Made by a program: the position numbers and the translations under genes. A stretch of 64,000 nucleotides of DNA, from assembly GCA_963776625.1 (NCBI GenBank), contig CAVZNP010000001.1:205922-269921 (forward strand). Reading direction: 5' to 3'. Positions 60,963-64,000 of the stretch are shown here, in pieces. The DNA comes from an uncultured Chloroflexia bacterium. GTDB taxonomy: Bacteria > Chloroflexota > UBA6077 > CF-72. The notes beneath the pieces are model-generated. The model worked only from the letters and a program-made list of their open reading frames with translations. It had not been told where the DNA came from and searched no databases. How positions within the stretch are numbered: position 1 is the first letter of the stretch; the number at the start of each line of letters is the position of its first letter.

Positions 60963-61893
60963 GCGTACACGTCCTCGAGGCCCAACTCGGCAGGACCGGC
61001 GTCGGGAGCGGCCGCGGCGCGGGCCACCGCCTCGGCCACCTTCGTCTCGACCTCAGCGTGGATCGCCGCCAACTGCGCCAGGTTGGCGATACCTCGCTCG
61101 AGCAGTCGATGGGCGTACAGGTCCAGCGGGTCCTCCATCTCGGGCGGATCGAGGGCGGGATCGCGATACGCCTGCTCATCCGCGGCCCAGTGCCCGCGCC
61201 AGCGCCACGTGCGCGCCTCGATCAGGCTCGGCCCGAGACCGGCCCGAGCGCGTGCCACGCCGCGCGCCACGGCAGCGCGCACCACGTCGACGTCGTTGCC
61301 GTCCACGCACTCGCCGGGAATCCCGTAGCCGGCTGCCCGCGCGGCAATCGACCCCGCCAGATAGCCCGACACGGTCTGCGAGATCGCCCAGCCGTTGTTC
61401 TGACACACGTACACAATGGGCAGTCGCCAGCATGCCGCTAGATTGATGGCTTCGTGGACGTCGCCGCGATTGGCCGTGCCGTCGCCGAAGGTGCACACGC
61501 ATACCCGATCGCTACCCTCTTGCTGGAACGCCAGCGCCGCGCCAGTCGCCGTCCCGAGCGACGTGCCCAGGTCACCCGCCACCCACGGCACGACGTTGAG
61601 TTCGACCGGCCCGGTGAACGGCACCGAGCGTCCCTTGTTGTAGCCGGCCGCCTTGCCGAGCACCTGGCAGGCAAGCCGCCACATCTCGGCGCCGCGCATC
61701 AGGTAGACGCAAAACGGATCGCGGTAGTGCGGCGCCACGGCGTCGTCGGCGCGCAGGTCGATGAAGCTCCCGATCACCGTGGCTTCCTCGCCTTCGATCG
61801 GGAACCAGCGTGGATTGGCCGTGCACAGCGCCACGTCGAGCTCGCGGCAGACGACGAGCCAGCGGTAAGTCGTCAGCGGATCGTCTAGCGAAG
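60959..61893 (-). CDS. 2-oxoacid dehydrogenase E1 component alpha subunit (TPP-binding). The 5' boundary is unresolved, with no canonical start in frame downstream of the LLM stop.
   Basis: 'YRWLVVCRELD', 'GEEATVIGSF', 'GDGTANRGDVHEAINLAACWRLPIVYVCQNNGWAIS' (TPP motif). Confidence 0.75.
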
Positions 61894-62727
61894 TGATGGC
61901 AGCACCTCGGCCGCCACGCGCTCGAGCACGCCCTGCTGCTCGGGGCGCGGTTGATCGATCAAGAACTCGTTGACGCCAGCCTCGGCGTAGCGGCCGACCA
62001 TGTCGCGAAAGGACTCGACGGAGTCCCACGGATCGCTGGGCATCATCGCCGCCCAGCCATACAGCGAGCGCACGATGCTGGTCGGGTCGCGGCCGAGTTG
62101 GGCGCAAGCGGCGTCGAGCAGCGCATTGCGCTCGCGCATCTCCTCCACGGTGCCGAACGAATTCCACGTGTCGGCGTAGCTGGCGATGAAGCGCAACATG
62201 CGCGGGCGGTGGCCCGCGAGCACCAGCGGCGGGCGCGGCTGCTGGATCGGTCGTGGCCGCGTTGGCGCGTCGTTCAGCTGGTAATAGGTCCCGGCATACG
62301 TGGTGGTTTCGTCTGTCAGCCAGCCGTGGATGAGCTCCACCGCTTCCTGAAAGCGCGCCACGCGCTCGCCCGGCGGCCAGAGCTCGAGGCCGAACATGGG
62401 GTGCTCGGGCGCGTACCAGCCCGCCCCGAGGCCGACGTCGAGTCGCCCGTGTGAGATGTGGTCGAGCGTCACGGCTTGCTTGGCCAGCAGCGACGGGTGC
62501 CGGAACGTGTTCGAGCTGACCAGTACCCCGAGGCGAATGCGCCGCGTCATCGCCGCGAGCCCGGCGAGCAGCGTCCAGGCTTCGAAGTACGGCCCGGTTG
62601 GCTGGCTGGGCTGGACAAAGTGGTCGCAATCCCAGGCGCTGTCGAAACCCAGCGCTTCGAAGAGCTGCCAGCGCTCCACGAGCGTCTCCCAGGGCAGATT
62701 CTGATCTGTGACAATTCCGAAGCGCAC
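61885..62727 (-). CDS. LLM-class (luciferase-like) F420-dependent oxidoreductase
   Basis: 'GIVTDQNLPWETLVERWQLFEALGFDSAWDCDHF', 'LDHISHGRLDVGLGAGW', C-terminal '...VLERVAAEVLPSL'. Confidence 0.8.
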   Translation of the reverse strand: MRFGIVTDQNLPWETLVERWQLFEALGFDSAWDCDHFVQPSQPTGPYFEAWTLLAGLAAMTRRIRLGVLVSSNTFRHPSLLAKQAVTLDHISHGRLDVGLGAGWYAPEHPMFGLELWPPGERVARFQEAVELIHGWLTDETTTYAGTYYQLNDAPTRPRPIQQPRPPLVLAGHRPRMLRFIASYADTWNSFGTVEEMRERNALLDAACAQLGRDPTSIVRSLYGWAAMMPSDPWDSVESFRDMVGRYAEAGVNEFLIDQPRPEQQGVLERVAAEVLPSLR

Positions 62728-62807
62728 CCGGTGTAAGTAAACTCGTTCTCGACGTTTCGTGTTGTTGTCAAGTGACCGCGTTTGACGTATCACCAGGCTA
62801 ACGTCCG

Positions 62808-63475
62808 ATGACGGTGCTGGCGCCCGCGGTGGTCAAGATTCTGGCCGTCTGCGACGAAGTCGACTCGCGTCTGTACGGCAGCCAGCGCGGCGCCGTGCGG
62901 CTACAGGCGTCGCCCGACGTGATGATCAGCTGCGGGGACCTGCCGCGTATTACCTGGATTACCTCGTCAGCAAGCTGGACATCCCGCTGTACGCCGTCCA
63001 TGGCAACCACGACACGCCGCCGTCGCTCGAGGGCGCCGAAGGCTTCGGGTATTGCGGTGCGCACTGGATCGGTGGGCGTGGCGTGCGAACGCCGGGTGGC
63101 CTGTTGCTGGCCGGGTTCGATGGCTCACTGCGCTACAACAAGGGCGCCTACCAGTCGTCGCAGGCGGAAATGCAGGCGGCCGTTCGCACCCTGGTGCCGT
63201 GGATGATGCTCAACCGCCTGCGGTATGGCCGCTTTCTCGACATCCTGATCACGCATGCGCCACCGCTGGGCGTCCATGACCGGCCTGACCGCTGTCATAC
63301 GGGCTTTGACGCGTTCAACTGGCTGATCCGGAGCTTCAAGCCGCGATACCACCTGCACGGGCACGTGCACCTGTACGACCGGCGCACGCCGACGGTAACG
63401 CGCGTATGCGAGACGGAGGTGATCAACGTCTATCCGTTCCGCGAGCTGGCGCTAGAGCTGCCGGTCGCGGTCTAA
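62808..63475 (+). CDS. Calcineurin-like metallophosphoesterase. Apparent frameshift near 62937-62954.
   Basis: 'KILAVCDEVD', 'DVMISCGDLP' in frame 0. 'YYLDYLVSKLDIPLYAVHGNHD ... ITHAPPLGVHD ... HLHGHVH' continue in frame +2. Confidence 0.7.
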
Positions 63476-63659
63476 GGCGAGGGCGCGCTAGTTGGCGCCC
63501 CCCAGGCGGATCACGTCAGCTCCGTAGGGAAGGGGTCGTCTATGGGCAGGTCCCCGAGTCCCCCGTCTGGTGGCGCCACGTACGGCGGATCTTGTCACAC
63601 TCGTGGGGAGAGGGGAGTTTTTTGGGGTATCCCACTCGTCCGTGAGATGGGGAAAAACG

Positions 63660-63974
63660 TCAGAAGTCATCTGGCTCAGCAATCCCTCCCACGGCCGTGG
63701 ATGCCGCTGCGAAGCGGTCCAGTGCCGCCGGCCAGTCCAGGTCCGGCGCCGCGTTGTCTCGCCAGACAACCAGCCTCGCGATGAGATCTGCCGAGCGATC
63801 GCCAGGAAACGCCGCGGTTAGCTGCCGCGCGCGGACCGTCTCCCACAACGGGCGGTAGACCTCCATGACCCACCGCCGCGCGGCGCGCTCCAGGTCGTCA
63901 AGATGCTGCTGCTTGCGGAAGCGCTCGATCGCTTCCAGCAGGATCGCATACGTCGCTGGATGCGTCGCGCCCAC
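63660..63974 (-). CDS. Hypothetical protein (104-aa ORF near the window edge)
   Basis: ORF with high GC3 only. No recognisable motif. Confidence 0.25.
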   Translation of the reverse strand: MGATHPATYAILLEAIERFRKQQHLDDLERAARRWVMEVYRPLWETVRARQLTAAFPGDRSADLIARLVVWRDNAAPDLDWPAALDRFAAASTAVGGIAEPDDF

Positions 63975-64000
63975 CTCGGTCAGCCCGGTGGCGCGCTCGA

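Overview
High-GC (~70%) bacterial chromosome segment, probably Actinomycetota or Chloroflexota. Supporting signs: a TIGR03083/mycothiol-isomerase-like protein, an F420-type LLM oxidoreductase, Tat-lipoproteins, Pro/Thr linkers, and frequent GTGA/ATGA start-stop overlaps. The ORF track displays GTG/TTG starts as 'M', and several listed ORFs carry spurious N-terminal extensions that I trimmed.

Coding content is mostly housekeeping and accessory metabolism:
- a fused LivH/LivM permease
- a hydroxyquinol-type intradiol dioxygenase and an allophanate-hydrolase-like amidase
- two ABC uptake systems (peptide-type SBP5; BMP/nucleoside-type SBP plus two permeases and a duplicated ATPase) and a sugar SBP
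- a Zn-dependent alcohol dehydrogenase and a FAD aromatic monooxygenase
- a truncated KdpD-like kinase with a KdpE-like regulator
- an 8-gene minus-strand operon (large secreted protein, ABC ATPase, ABC-2 permease, Gln/Ser-rich membrane protein, MoxR, DUF58, BatA-VWA)
- a PDZ/Lon-S16 protease, YajQ, a fused MFS/spermidine synthase, flotillin with NfeD, GtrA, a CDF transporter
- a cNMP-binding domain fused to an SLC13 permease
- a C45 peptidase gene followed by gnd and zwf
- a multi-FN3 secreted protein, an MFS transporter, an OpgC-like acyltransferase, a class-V aminotransferase
- an ECF sigma factor coupled to an Ogt-type methyltransferase
- 2-oxoacid dehydrogenase E1 alpha and beta subunits and a metallophosphoesterase.

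Most notable observations:
1. A translationally coupled TPR-CHAT (caspase-like) plus S8 subtilisin gene pair, a candidate protease-cascade or conflict module.
2. A ~730-bp MITE-like composite palindromic repeat element carrying an internal GGACAC array, next to the KdpD-like gene.
3. A genome-specific dispersed REP-like family with core GAGGCACGCACTGTC at four or more loci.
4. A 12-bp minisatellite (~24 units) inside the MoxR/ABC operon.
5. Single-base frameshifts in at least 7-9 otherwise conserved genes. This pattern points to indel sequencing errors, or less likely to widespread pseudogenisation.
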